From an uncultured Anaerolineaceae bacterium (lineage in GTDB: Bacteria > Chloroflexota > Anaerolineae > Anaerolineales > UBA4823), in the NCBI GenBank assembly GCA_964354345.1, contig CAYGZL010000032.1, positions 128,684 to 192,683 of the forward strand: a DNA stretch of 64,000 nt. Direction: 5' to 3'. The notes below the pieces were generated by a model. It was not told the origin of the DNA. It worked only from the letters and a program-made list of their open reading frames with translations, and searched no databases. The position numbers were made by a program, and so were the translations under genes. Positions 28,621 through 36,599 of the stretch are shown piece by piece (position 1 is the stretch's first letter; each line of letters begins with the position of its first letter).

Positions 28621-28649
28621 AGTTTAAGGCCGCCTGGTTAATTTGTCAA
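28621..28649 (-). promoter_or_regulatory. sigma70-type promoter of the metG leader
   Basis: Minus strand: TTGACA (28649-28644), 17 nt spacer, TAAACT (28626-28621). Confidence 0.5.
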
Positions 28650-28662
28650 GGAGAAACGCGGT

Positions 28663-29169
28663 CTATTGTAATAATGCTAAACCGCTCAGATGAGGTTCTA
28701 TCTCCTCATCATCATGATGACAGGTGGATTCGCTTAAATCGTTGCCACAGATCGGACAAAGCCCCTTACAATCTGATTGGCAGATTGGGCTCATTGGAAA
28801 AGCCAGAATCATTTCTTCGCGAACCAGTGGCTCCAGATCGATTTTGCCTGTCTCAGGCACCAACAAACCTGAATCAGTTATGGAGTTCGGCGTAAAGGCA
28901 TACAATTCGGTAAAATCAATATTCAACGACTGATCAAAATCCTTGAGACAACGCCCACATTCCACTGTTGAAAATGCATTCAATTTCATCTGCAACAAAA
29001 GACCTTGAGCCGTCCGAGTTACCCGGGCAACGCCAGTCAGGTTGCGTAAATCCAGATCGGGATGCAGGTGAATTTCGGGAAAATCAAATGGAAATTCCCG
29101 ACTATAACCGGCAGTTTCGTGGATAATAAAGCCAACGTTAAGCTTCAGTGCATCACGTGGTGTATACAT
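28663..29169 (-). CDS. YceD/DUF177 family protein (23S rRNA accumulation protein-like)
   Basis: 168 aa. CGRCLKDF ... CKGLCPICGNDL cysteine pairs are typical of DUF177. Confidence 0.8.
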   Translation of the reverse strand: MYTPRDALKLNVGFIIHETAGYSREFPFDFPEIHLHPDLDLRNLTGVARVTRTAQGLLLQMKLNAFSTVECGRCLKDFDQSLNIDFTELYAFTPNSITDSGLLVPETGKIDLEPLVREEMILAFPMSPICQSDCKGLCPICGNDLSESTCHHDDEEIEPHLSGLALLQ

Positions 29170-29221
29170 CGGTCGGATTATAACATATGGCTACTATACT
29201 TCGATCGGAGGAGGTTAATCC

Positions 29222-29827
29222 ATGCGTTTATTGCTAGCCAGTACGAACAAAGGGAAACAGCGCGAAATCCAGGCGCTACTCCAAGGCCTGGGGGTTGAGT
29301 TAATCACCCCCGACCAGCTTGGCCTGGAATTAGAGGTCGTAGAAGATGGGCAAACTTACGCCGAGAATGCCGCGCACAAAGCCGTAGCTTTTATGCGGAC
29401 CTCAGGGTTGGCGACACTGGCAGATGATTCTGGATTAGAAGTAGATGCCCTGAATGGGTTGCCCGGTTTGCATTCGGCACGATTTGTTCCCCATCCAGGG
29501 GCTACGGATGCCGACCGGCGCAAACTTGTACTCGAAAAGCTCCAAGGCTACCCCCGTCCCTGGACAGCCCGCTTCCGTTGCGTGATTGCATTGGCGACGC
29601 CGGCTGGCCAGGTCTATACCGCTGAAGGGGTTTGTCCAGGAGAAATTATTCCCCATGAACGTGGGCATAATGGATTTGGTTATGATCCCATCTTTTGGCT
29701 GCCTGATATTGACCGGACCATGGCAGAGTTAGAAATGGTCGAGAAAAACCAGCTAAGCCATCGTGCCCGAGCGGTTATCGCCTCGCGACACATCCTGGCT
29801 CAATTGATTGCCAGTCACCCGGGCTGA
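29222..29827 (+). CDS. rdgB: non-canonical purine NTP pyrophosphatase (RdgB/HAM1 family)
   Basis: LLLASTNKGKQREI, DDSGLEVDAL.G.PG..SARF and GFGYDPIF motifs. Confidence 0.88.
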   Translation: MRLLLASTNKGKQREIQALLQGLGVELITPDQLGLELEVVEDGQTYAENAAHKAVAFMRTSGLATLADDSGLEVDALNGLPGLHSARFVPHPGATDADRRKLVLEKLQGYPRPWTARFRCVIALATPAGQVYTAEGVCPGEIIPHERGHNGFGYDPIFWLPDIDRTMAELEMVEKNQLSHRARAVIASRHILAQLIASHPG

Positions 29828-29845
29828 TTTTAAATTGAGGATCAA

Positions 29846-30634
29846 ATGCATCTCGAATCTGGAATCTTCTACAATGTTTACGAATCCGGAGCATATTACA
29901 ACAACCCACCCGTGATATTGATCCACGGCGCGGCTGGGATTCATCTCTCCTGGCCGCCCCAAATCCGTCGTTTGACTGGTTTTAAGACCTATGCTTTGGA
30001 CCTGCCAGGACATGGTCAATCCCAGGGCCCTGGCCTTGACTCCATTCAAGGATATGCTAAATTGATCGGTATTTGGGCAAGACAACTAAACCTTGCGCCT
30101 GCTATTCTTATCGGACATTCCATGGGTGGCGCTATCGCTCTCACATTGGCCAGCGAATATCCTGAACAGGTGCGCGGGCTGGTGTTGGTGGGGGTTAGCT
30201 CCCGCTTACAAGTTGCCCCTGCCTTATTAGAGGCCATCACCGATCCAACCCGTTTCTCAGAAGCCATCCACACTCTCATCGCCTGGTCCTTCAGCCGAAG
30301 CGCCGATCCCCGCACGATTGCGCTGGTCACCCGGCAGATGACCCTGACCCAACCTGAAGTTCTGCAACGAGATTTTTTGGCCTGCAACGCTTTCGATATC
30401 ACAGATCGATTACCTGCAATCCAGCAGCCAGTTCTGGTAATCTGCGGCTCAGCCGATCGAATGACTCCCCTGCGCCATTCAGAATTTTTAGCCAACCAAC
30501 TGCCACATGCGTGTTTGGAAATCATTTCTGATACCGGGCATATGACGATGTTGGAGGCGCCTCAGGTGGTCGCCTCCGCCTTATACGGTTTTTTAGAAAA
30601 AATCAAAACCCCAGGGGGTATGCAATCAGAATAA
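29846..30634 (+). CDS. alpha/beta-fold hydrolase
   Basis: HGAAG oxyanion region, nucleophile elbow GHSMGG and C-terminal GHM. 262 aa. Confidence 0.75.
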   Translation: MHLESGIFYNVYESGAYYNNPPVILIHGAAGIHLSWPPQIRRLTGFKTYALDLPGHGQSQGPGLDSIQGYAKLIGIWARQLNLAPAILIGHSMGGAIALTLASEYPEQVRGLVLVGVSSRLQVAPALLEAITDPTRFSEAIHTLIAWSFSRSADPRTIALVTRQMTLTQPEVLQRDFLACNAFDITDRLPAIQQPVLVICGSADRMTPLRHSEFLANQLPHACLEIISDTGHMTMLEAPQVVASALYGFLEKIKTPGGMQSE

Positions 30635-30669
30635 TAAGCGCAGTTTCAGATGACTGTTAAAAAAAGGTC

Positions 30670-30698
30670 TTGCCGATTCAATGCAGTCCAGGTATAAT
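30670..30698 (+). promoter_or_regulatory. sigma70-type promoter of tRNA-Val
   Basis: TTGCCG (30670-30675), 17 nt spacer, TATAAT (30693-30698), about 11 nt upstream of the tRNA 5' end. Confidence 0.5.
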
Positions 30699-30709
30699 CC
30701 TATCCTCTC

Positions 30710-30783
30710 GGGCGGGTAGCTCAGTTGGTTAGAGCACTGCTTTGACATAGCAGAGGTCGTAGGTTCGAGCCCTATTCCGCCCA
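30710..30783 (+). tRNA. tRNA-Val (anticodon GAC)
   Basis: Hand-folded cloverleaf. The acceptor pairs GGGCGGG with UCCGCCC. D-arm GCUCAGUUGGUUAGAGC. Anticodon stem CUGCU/AGCAG with loop UUGACAU. T-arm GUAGG-UUCGAGC-CCUAU. Discriminator A. No encoded CCA. Confidence 0.9.
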
Positions 30784-30803
30784 CTTGTAGTATAATTATA
30801 TAA

Positions 30804-31088
30804 AGGCGATGACCGGGACGAGTAACCGAATGGTGAAACTGACAGGGAGAGGAGATCAGCGACTGAAAGTCTCCTTCAGATCACAACGGCGAAAACCACC
30901 CGAGAGCATGAACCCTAACCAGGCACAAATCCTGCAGTAAGGTAAACGGTTGACCCCGTTATCAGTCGTAATGAGATTTTCGAGGAAAATTTCCAGCCGA
31001 TGTTAATAACCGGATGGACCTTGGAAAATCTGGGTGGAACCGCGTGATGAAACTCTCGCCCCAGGTAGGACGAGAGTTTTTCATTTTT
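30804..31088 (+). promoter_or_regulatory. T-box riboswitch leader (Thr, ACC specifier) controlling thrS
   Basis: The Stem I base GGCGAUGA...GAGUA forms a GA/K-turn. The specifier region GAAAACCACCCGAGAGCA carries ACC followed by A at 30895-30898. The T-box sequence AAUCUGGGUGGAACCGCG lies at 31027-31044 and is followed by a terminator. Confidence 0.88.
31053..31081 (+). terminator. T-box terminator hairpin
   Basis: CTCTCG (31053-31058) pairs with CGAGAG (31071-31076) and is followed by TTTTT. It overlaps the 3' side of the T-box antiterminator region. Confidence 0.75.
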
Positions 31089-31152
31089 AACTAGTCCAGA
31101 CCTTTAGGGTTTTAGAAACACTATAGGTCTAGACCACGAAAGGAGTAGCAAG

Positions 31153-32949
31153 ATGGCTGAAAAACTACAAGAACCCTATGAGAAGAGCGATTTGTATCGC
31201 TTACGCCATTCGACCGCGCATGTCATGGCTCAAGCCGTGGTTGAAATGTTCCCAGAGGCCAAGTACACCATCGGACCGCCAGTTGAAGATGGTTTCTATT
31301 ACGATTTCGATCTACCCCGGCCACTCACTCCCGAAGACCTGCATTTGGTCGAAGAGCGTATGCGTGCGATCATCAAGGGCGACCATCCTTTCCAGAGGCA
31401 GGTTATCTCTGCTGAGCAAGCGCGCCAAATTTTTCAAGACCAACCCTATAAACTGGATTTAATTGACGGCCTGGAAACAGGTGGCCTGGATGAATATGGC
31501 AATCCGTTGACTGAAAAATCTGAGATATCCATCTATATTCAGGACGAATTTGTCGACCTGTGCCGTGGGCCGCATGTGGAGAACACATCAGAGATCAATC
31601 CAGCAGCCATTAAACTGATGAGCGTCGCGGGAGCTTACTGGCGCGGTGATGAGCATAACCCGATGCTGCAACGGATCTACGGCACGGCCTGGCGGACCTC
31701 CCAAGAGCTGGAAGAATACCTGTGGCGTCTGGAAGAAGCGCGCAAGCGTGATCATCGCCGCCTGGGCAAAGATCTCGGTTTATTCTATTTTTCTGAAGAC
31801 ATCGGCCCAGGATTGCCACTCTTCACTCCGAAAGGTGAAATGTTGCGCCACCTGATGGAAATGTACGTGCGCGAGACCCAGACCCGCTATGGTTACCAGC
31901 ACGTGTGGACTGGTCATATGGTCAAAGAAGATCTGTTCAGGCGCTCAGGGCATTACGAAAACTACAAAGATGGCATGTTCCCGCCGATGGTGGATGAAAA
32001 TATCACCTATCGACTAAAACCGATGAATTGTCCAAGCCACATGACGCTATACAAGGAGATGGGCAAACATTCCTATCGCGAATTGCCGTTGCGTTTGGCT
32101 GAGTTTGCCACACTGTACCGCTACGAGAAGACAGGTGAGTTAACCGGCCTGACCCGGGTGCGCGCGGTGACCCAAGATGATTGTCACATCTTCTGTACTG
32201 AAGAACAGGTGGAGCAGGAATTCACCCTGGCTCTCAATTTGATCAGGGAAGTTCTCGGGCGTTACCGGTTCACGGATTATAAAGTTCGTCTCTCGCTGCG
32301 CGGTAGCGGTGGCAAGTATGTCCAGGATGAGGAAAAATGGATCAAAGCCGAGGCTGCACTGCGTGCTGCTCTGGACAAGAACCAGGTGGAATATTTCGAA
32401 GCCACCGGTGAAGCCGCTTTTTATGGTCCGAAAGCTGATTTCCTGGCCAGGGATGTTCTCGGGCGAGAATGGCAGCTCTCCACCATTCAGGTAGACTTCA
32501 TTCAACCTGCCCGGTTAGGGTTGGTTTACATCGGTGAAGATGGACAGGAACACACACCGGTAGTGCTACATCGCGCTGTAACGGGTTCGACCGAACGCTT
32601 CCTGGGCGTCCTGATCGAGCAGTTCGCGGGTGCATTTCCCGTCTGGCTGGCGCCTGTCCAGGCTGTACTGATCCCAATCGCCGATCGCCACCTGCCTTAT
32701 GCCCATCAGGTCGCTGAGCAACTCAAAGCCGCCGGCTTGCGGGTGGAAGTGGACGAGCGCAGTGAACGGATGAACGCCAAAATCCGTGATGCCCAGAACC
32801 AGAAAATCCCTTATATGCTGGTAGTTGGCGATAAGGAAATGGTGCAGAACCAGGTCGCGCTACGTTTACGCTCTGGTGAAAATCCCGGTCCCATAGATCT
32901 GGCTGCTTTTCTAGCCAGGGCGCGTCAGGATCTGCAAGACGGTGTATAA
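31153..32949 (+). CDS. thrS: threonine--tRNA ligase (short form without the N-terminal TGS domain)
   Basis: Editing-domain HSTAHV, class II catalytic core (RLAEFATLYRYE, TQDDCHIF, FYGPKADF) and C-terminal anticodon-binding domain. 598 aa. Confidence 0.93.
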   Translation: MAEKLQEPYEKSDLYRLRHSTAHVMAQAVVEMFPEAKYTIGPPVEDGFYYDFDLPRPLTPEDLHLVEERMRAIIKGDHPFQRQVISAEQARQIFQDQPYKLDLIDGLETGGLDEYGNPLTEKSEISIYIQDEFVDLCRGPHVENTSEINPAAIKLMSVAGAYWRGDEHNPMLQRIYGTAWRTSQELEEYLWRLEEARKRDHRRLGKDLGLFYFSEDIGPGLPLFTPKGEMLRHLMEMYVRETQTRYGYQHVWTGHMVKEDLFRRSGHYENYKDGMFPPMVDENITYRLKPMNCPSHMTLYKEMGKHSYRELPLRLAEFATLYRYEKTGELTGLTRVRAVTQDDCHIFCTEEQVEQEFTLALNLIREVLGRYRFTDYKVRLSLRGSGGKYVQDEEKWIKAEAALRAALDKNQVEYFEATGEAAFYGPKADFLARDVLGREWQLSTIQVDFIQPARLGLVYIGEDGQEHTPVVLHRAVTGSTERFLGVLIEQFAGAFPVWLAPVQAVLIPIADRHLPYAHQVAEQLKAAGLRVEVDERSERMNAKIRDAQNQKIPYMLVVGDKEMVQNQVALRLRSGENPGPIDLAAFLARARQDLQDGV

Positions 32950-32964
32950 ACGAGTATAATTGAG

Positions 32965-32993
32965 GCTGAGCAGACGGATTTTGTCTGCTCAGC
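32965..32993 (+). terminator. strong hairpin after thrS (terminator-like, no clear U tract)
   Basis: GCTGAGCAGAC-GGATTTT-GTCTGCTCAGC forms an 11-bp perfect stem. Confidence 0.45.
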
Positions 32994-33013
32994 TACTGCA
33001 TTCGGTTAAGCGG

Positions 33014-33043
33014 TTGACGATTTAGCGCATCCTGTGGTATCAT
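33014..33043 (+). promoter_or_regulatory. sigma70-type promoter with extended -10 for infC-rpmI-rplT
   Basis: TTGACG (33014-33019), 18 nt spacer, TGgTATCAT (33035-33043). Confidence 0.55.
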
Positions 33044-33096
33044 GGCGCACGCTAACCGCAAAGTATTGTTTTCGATTCGATCAAAAGGAGTGAGTT

Positions 33097-33624
33097 ATCA
33101 GCGCAGTTACTTATCGTGTTAATGAAACAATCCGCGTTCCCGAGGTACGCCTGATCGGCCCTAATAATGAAAATGTTGGGGTTGTCTCAATCGAGGAAGC
33201 ACGCCGGATTGCTCGTGATGCTGAACTGGACCTGGTTGAAGTTGCCCCCAACTCTGAACCACCAGTCTGCCGGGTGATGGACTTTGGAAAATTCATATAT
33301 GAACGCACCAAGAAAGAGCGCGAAGCTCGTAGAGCTCAAACCAAGATTGAGGTTAAAGAGATTCGCCTGCGCCCTAAGACAAACGAACATCATCGTGATT
33401 TGCGTGTCCGCGATGCCCGGCGTTGGTTGACTGAAGGGATGAAGGTAAAGGTACGTATCCGCTTTCGCGGTCGGGAAATAACCTATCCAGAAATCGCGCT
33501 GAACGATTTGAAGGAAGTAGCAGAAGAGTTGTCCGATATTGCGATAATTGAACAACCCCCAGCTTTGGAAGGACGCACCATGTTAATGGTGCTGGCGCCT
33601 GGAAAGATAACGAAGAAAAAGTAA
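33097..33624 (+). CDS. infC: translation initiation factor IF-3, non-canonical AUC start
   Basis: The frame is open from the TGA at 33091. The translation ISAVTYRVNETIRVPEVRLIGPNNENVGVVSIEEARRIARDAELDLVEVAPNSEPPVCRVMDFGKF is the IF-3 N-domain and lies upstream of the first ATG (33274). AAGGAG at 33085-33090 sits 6 nt before ATC 33097. Confidence 0.85.
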   Translation: MSAVTYRVNETIRVPEVRLIGPNNENVGVVSIEEARRIARDAELDLVEVAPNSEPPVCRVMDFGKFIYERTKKEREARRAQTKIEVKEIRLRPKTNEHHRDLRVRDARRWLTEGMKVKVRIRFRGREITYPEIALNDLKEVAEELSDIAIIEQPPALEGRTMLMVLAPGKITKKK

Positions 33625-33730
33625 TCTGCACTATATTTATTGAGATTACTCATTGTGGAACAGTAGTTTCATGGTGAAGAATCCGCGGATGGTCGTTGTC
33701 CGCGGAATTTCGTGTGAGAGGAGATTGAGC

Positions 33731-33967
33731 GTGCCACGTAAGCCAAGAACAGAGAAGTATAAAATTAAGACCCACAAGGCTACTGCGAAACGCTTTCGGC
33801 TGACTGGAACGGGATTGCTGGTGCGTACAAAGGGTGGCAAGAGCCACTTCCGCCGGCGCACCTCAAAGCGTGTTAAGCGCCTGCTATCCGAGATGGTGCA
33901 GGTCAAAGGACGCGGGATCGTCAAGCGCGTACAGCGCCTGGCTCCTTATCTCAAGAAAGCCAGCTAG
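33731..33967 (+). CDS. rpmI: 50S ribosomal protein L35
   Basis: KIKTHKATAKRFRLTGTG..KGGKSH is an L35 signature. GTG 33731 is preceded by GAGGAGA. The longer 33653 ORF start is not supported. Confidence 0.85.
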   Translation: MPRKPRTEKYKIKTHKATAKRFRLTGTGLLVRTKGGKSHFRRRTSKRVKRLLSEMVQVKGRGIVKRVQRLAPYLKKAS

Positions 33968-34146
33968 GGGCGGTTCATTCAGTGGATCGCTCCGCAGTAG
34001 GCGGGCGCTGGTGTCACCAGACACCAGGCAGTATTCATTTCCGAACCCGCAGGGGATCGGTATCCAATTTTGTGGCGGCCGTTGGGTGTGTGAAACAGGT
34101 AGTGATATGCGCTACCGACGCCCAGGGGTTCGCAGGAGAGTAAAGA

Positions 34147-34500
34147 ATGGCTCGTGTAAAGACTGGTCCTTATCGTCATCGACATCATAAGAAGGTATTA
34201 AAGCTCACCAAAGGCCAATTTGGAACTCGCAGTCGACTGTTCCGGCGCGCCAATGAGGCCATGCTCAAGAGCTTGTGGTATTCTTACCGCGACCGGCGTT
34301 CCCGCAAGCGCGATCTACGTCGACTATGGATCGCTCGGATAAATGCGGCCGCCCGACTGTATGGTATTTCCTACAGCCGCCTGATCCATAGTTTGAAAGA
34401 GCATAAGATTGCATTAAACCGGAAAATATTGGCCGACCTGGCCGTCCGCGATCCGCAGGCGTTTGCTGCGGTGATCGCTCAGGTCCATCCTGGCAGCTAA
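34147..34500 (+). CDS. rplT: 50S ribosomal protein L20
   Basis: [24 protein letters not shown]...[21 protein letters not shown] is an L20 signature. Confidence 0.95.
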   Translation: MARVKTGPYRHRHHKKVLKLTKGQFGTRSRLFRRANEAMLKSLWYSYRDRRSRKRDLRRLWIARINAAARLYGISYSRLIHSLKEHKIALNRKILADLAVRDPQAFAAVIAQVHPGS

Positions 34501-34571
34501 CAGCTCCGATCACGGTAGGTTTGCCGTGACTGGCGATCACATCTCAACGAAACTATCGTTTCGCTCACACC

Positions 34572-34605
34572 CGGGATGGCTTAACCCACCATCCCGTTTT
34601 CGTTT
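34572..34605 (+). terminator. intrinsic terminator after rplT
   Basis: CGGGATGG-CTTAACCCA-CCATCCCG followed by TTTTCGTTT. Confidence 0.7.
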
Positions 34606-34892
34606 ATTATTAACCTGTAACATTTTAGTAGAACAAACGTAAACAAGTTACTTATCCCTCTCTAGTTGTCTGGAGGTAGAACGTCTGCGAAATCGAAATT
34701 AGAGATGTTACTTATCCGTCAAACTCTGTCCCCCATCCATCGTTGAAGAACACATTGACGCTCTGAGCCGGGTCGTCCCCGGTGAGTGGTATGATCCATT
34801 GAATAAGGATGGAACCCAACTATTAACGAAAACGAGCAGGATGAAATCTACCTGTCGGATTATACAGGAACAGTGTACAGCCCGGTGAAAAA

Positions 34893-36497
34893 ATGAAAGC
34901 GAATCCAATTCAAAATTGGTTGGCATTGCACTTCATCCAAAAACTGATTGGATGGGTGGGGGTGTTATTGATCATATCTGCTTGCACAAAACCTGCAGGA
35001 TTGAAACCGCCTGATGTTATCCGGCTTACAGCATCAACTTATCAGGAAGATGAACAACCAGACCAATCCGCTGCCTTGTTGCCAGCTGCACAGACCAGAT
35101 TGGGGTCTCTCGCTGATTTTCCCCGCTACAACCTTACCTTAACCATCCTGGATAATACCTACCAGGGTCAGGCTCACATAACCTATACAAACACCGAGAC
35201 AACTGCGCTCAACCAACTCTACTTTCGCCTGCTTCCCAATGGGCACAACAGCTTCGGCGATGGTTCAATGACAATCGCTAACCTGACCGTAGATGGTCAG
35301 CCTGCCAGTTCGACGCTTTCGGTAAGTAACTCAGCCCTGGAGGTATCGTTGGAGCGCCCTCTTGAACCTCGGCAAAAAACCGAGGTCGCCATGGATTTCA
35401 GCGGTGTGGTCCCGGTTAATTTTGGTAGCACCGCCCAAACCGCCGGTTATGGGATTTACAATGTCTCCAACAAAATTATGACGCTTTCAGGCTGGTATCC
35501 GATCCTGGCGGTTCACGAACCCTCTGGCTGGCGCCTGGATCCAGTTTCCTGGATGGGTGATTCGACTTACAGCACTACCGCCTTCTTCACGGTCAACATC
35601 TCCGCGCCCGTCGAGTCCAAGATTGTAACCACAGGAATTGAAGTAATCGCTGTTGATCATGAGATATCGGAGACGCGAAATTTACCCCCTGATCAACAAC
35701 CAGAACAGCGCAGTTATATCAGTGGGCCGGCGCGTGACTTCATCGTGATTGTCGGTCAAGAGCTACAGGAGTCACACCAATCAGTGGATGGCACGACAAT
35801 TCATTCGTATTATTTCCCTAAACATCAAAGCGCGGGGAAACGGGCTTTGGAAATTGCCGTGGAATCTCTGCAAATCTATAACCAACAAATCGGCGCCTAT
35901 CCCTATCGTGAGTTGGATGTGGTTGAAACAGCGCTCAAGCATGCTTCGGGTGTCGAATTCCCTGGTGTAATCCTGATCAGCAGCGATCTATACGATACTC
36001 CCGATCAGCCCGCGTTTGTTGTCACGGTTGCACATGAGGTTGCCCACCAGTGGTGGTATAACGTTGTAGGCAACGATGTCTTCTTACACCCATGGCAAGA
36101 CGAAGCCTTAACTACCTATACATCAAGCCTATATTACGAATTTGGACTGGGAAAAAGCGCCGCACAAGGGCTGATACAATACTGGCAAGATCGCTATGAT
36201 CAGCTTTCTGACCAGGGTATTGATGATCGCATCGCGGAGACCCTGGCGCATTACCAAAACCGCGGTGATCCAAGCCTATATAGCACAATTGTTTATTCAA
36301 AAGGCGCACTGTTTTTTATTAATTTGCGTCAGCAAATCGGCGATACGGCATTCTTTCAGGCGATGCGGTCTTACTACCAGACCTACCAGTATCAGATAGC
36401 TACTCCTGATAATCTGCTCAATGCCTTTGAGCAGTCCTCTGGACGTTCGCTGAGGGACTTATACCAACAATGGCTATATTCCGCGTCTCGCCCTTAA
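34893..36497 (+). CDS. M1-family zinc metallopeptidase (aminopeptidase N-like) lipoprotein
   Basis: Lipobox LIISAC. HEVAHQWW followed by a Glu about 19 residues later (WQDEAL) fits the gluzincin HEXXH-X18-E pattern. Confidence 0.8.
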   Translation: MKANPIQNWLALHFIQKLIGWVGVLLIISACTKPAGLKPPDVIRLTASTYQEDEQPDQSAALLPAAQTRLGSLADFPRYNLTLTILDNTYQGQAHITYTNTETTALNQLYFRLLPNGHNSFGDGSMTIANLTVDGQPASSTLSVSNSALEVSLERPLEPRQKTEVAMDFSGVVPVNFGSTAQTAGYGIYNVSNKIMTLSGWYPILAVHEPSGWRLDPVSWMGDSTYSTTAFFTVNISAPVESKIVTTGIEVIAVDHEISETRNLPPDQQPEQRSYISGPARDFIVIVGQELQESHQSVDGTTIHSYYFPKHQSAGKRALEIAVESLQIYNQQIGAYPYRELDVVETALKHASGVEFPGVILISSDLYDTPDQPAFVVTVAHEVAHQWWYNVVGNDVFLHPWQDEALTTYTSSLYYEFGLGKSAAQGLIQYWQDRYDQLSDQGIDDRIAETLAHYQNRGDPSLYSTIVYSKGALFFINLRQQIGDTAFFQAMRSYYQTYQYQIATPDNLLNAFEQSSGRSLRDLYQQWLYSASRP

Positions 36498-36599
36498 GTA
36501 GAGGCCAATCTATTGCATGGATCTGGTGAAGTGTACCGTCTGTTCATCCTTTACAATAATCAGCGAGAATTAACCGATCTGTATGAGGAAGACAAATAA

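Noticed and set aside
28383-28662. Possible T-box riboswitch upstream of metG, by analogy with thrS in this window and metS in Firmicutes
   Set aside because: Read on the minus strand, the leader has no GGGUGGNACCGCG-like T-box sequence. It has no GCGAUGA/AGAGUA Stem I base and no specifier-loop context. The only hairpin before the AUG-containing segment is 7 bp long. It is kept as an unknown-class attenuator with a leader ORF instead.
30785-30796. TATAAT at 30791 as an independent thrS leader promoter
   Set aside because: No acceptable -35 or TG extension is present at the right spacing, because the upstream sequence is the tRNA-Val 3' end. The question is left open in the T-box finding rather than called as a feature.
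33653-33967. 104-aa version of the rpmI ORF starting at ATG 33653
   Set aside because: The first 26 codons (MWNSSFMVKNPRMVVVRGISCERRLS) are not L35-like and include the TCCGCGGA twin hairpin. GTG 33731 has a GAGGAGA RBS and gives a normal-length L35.
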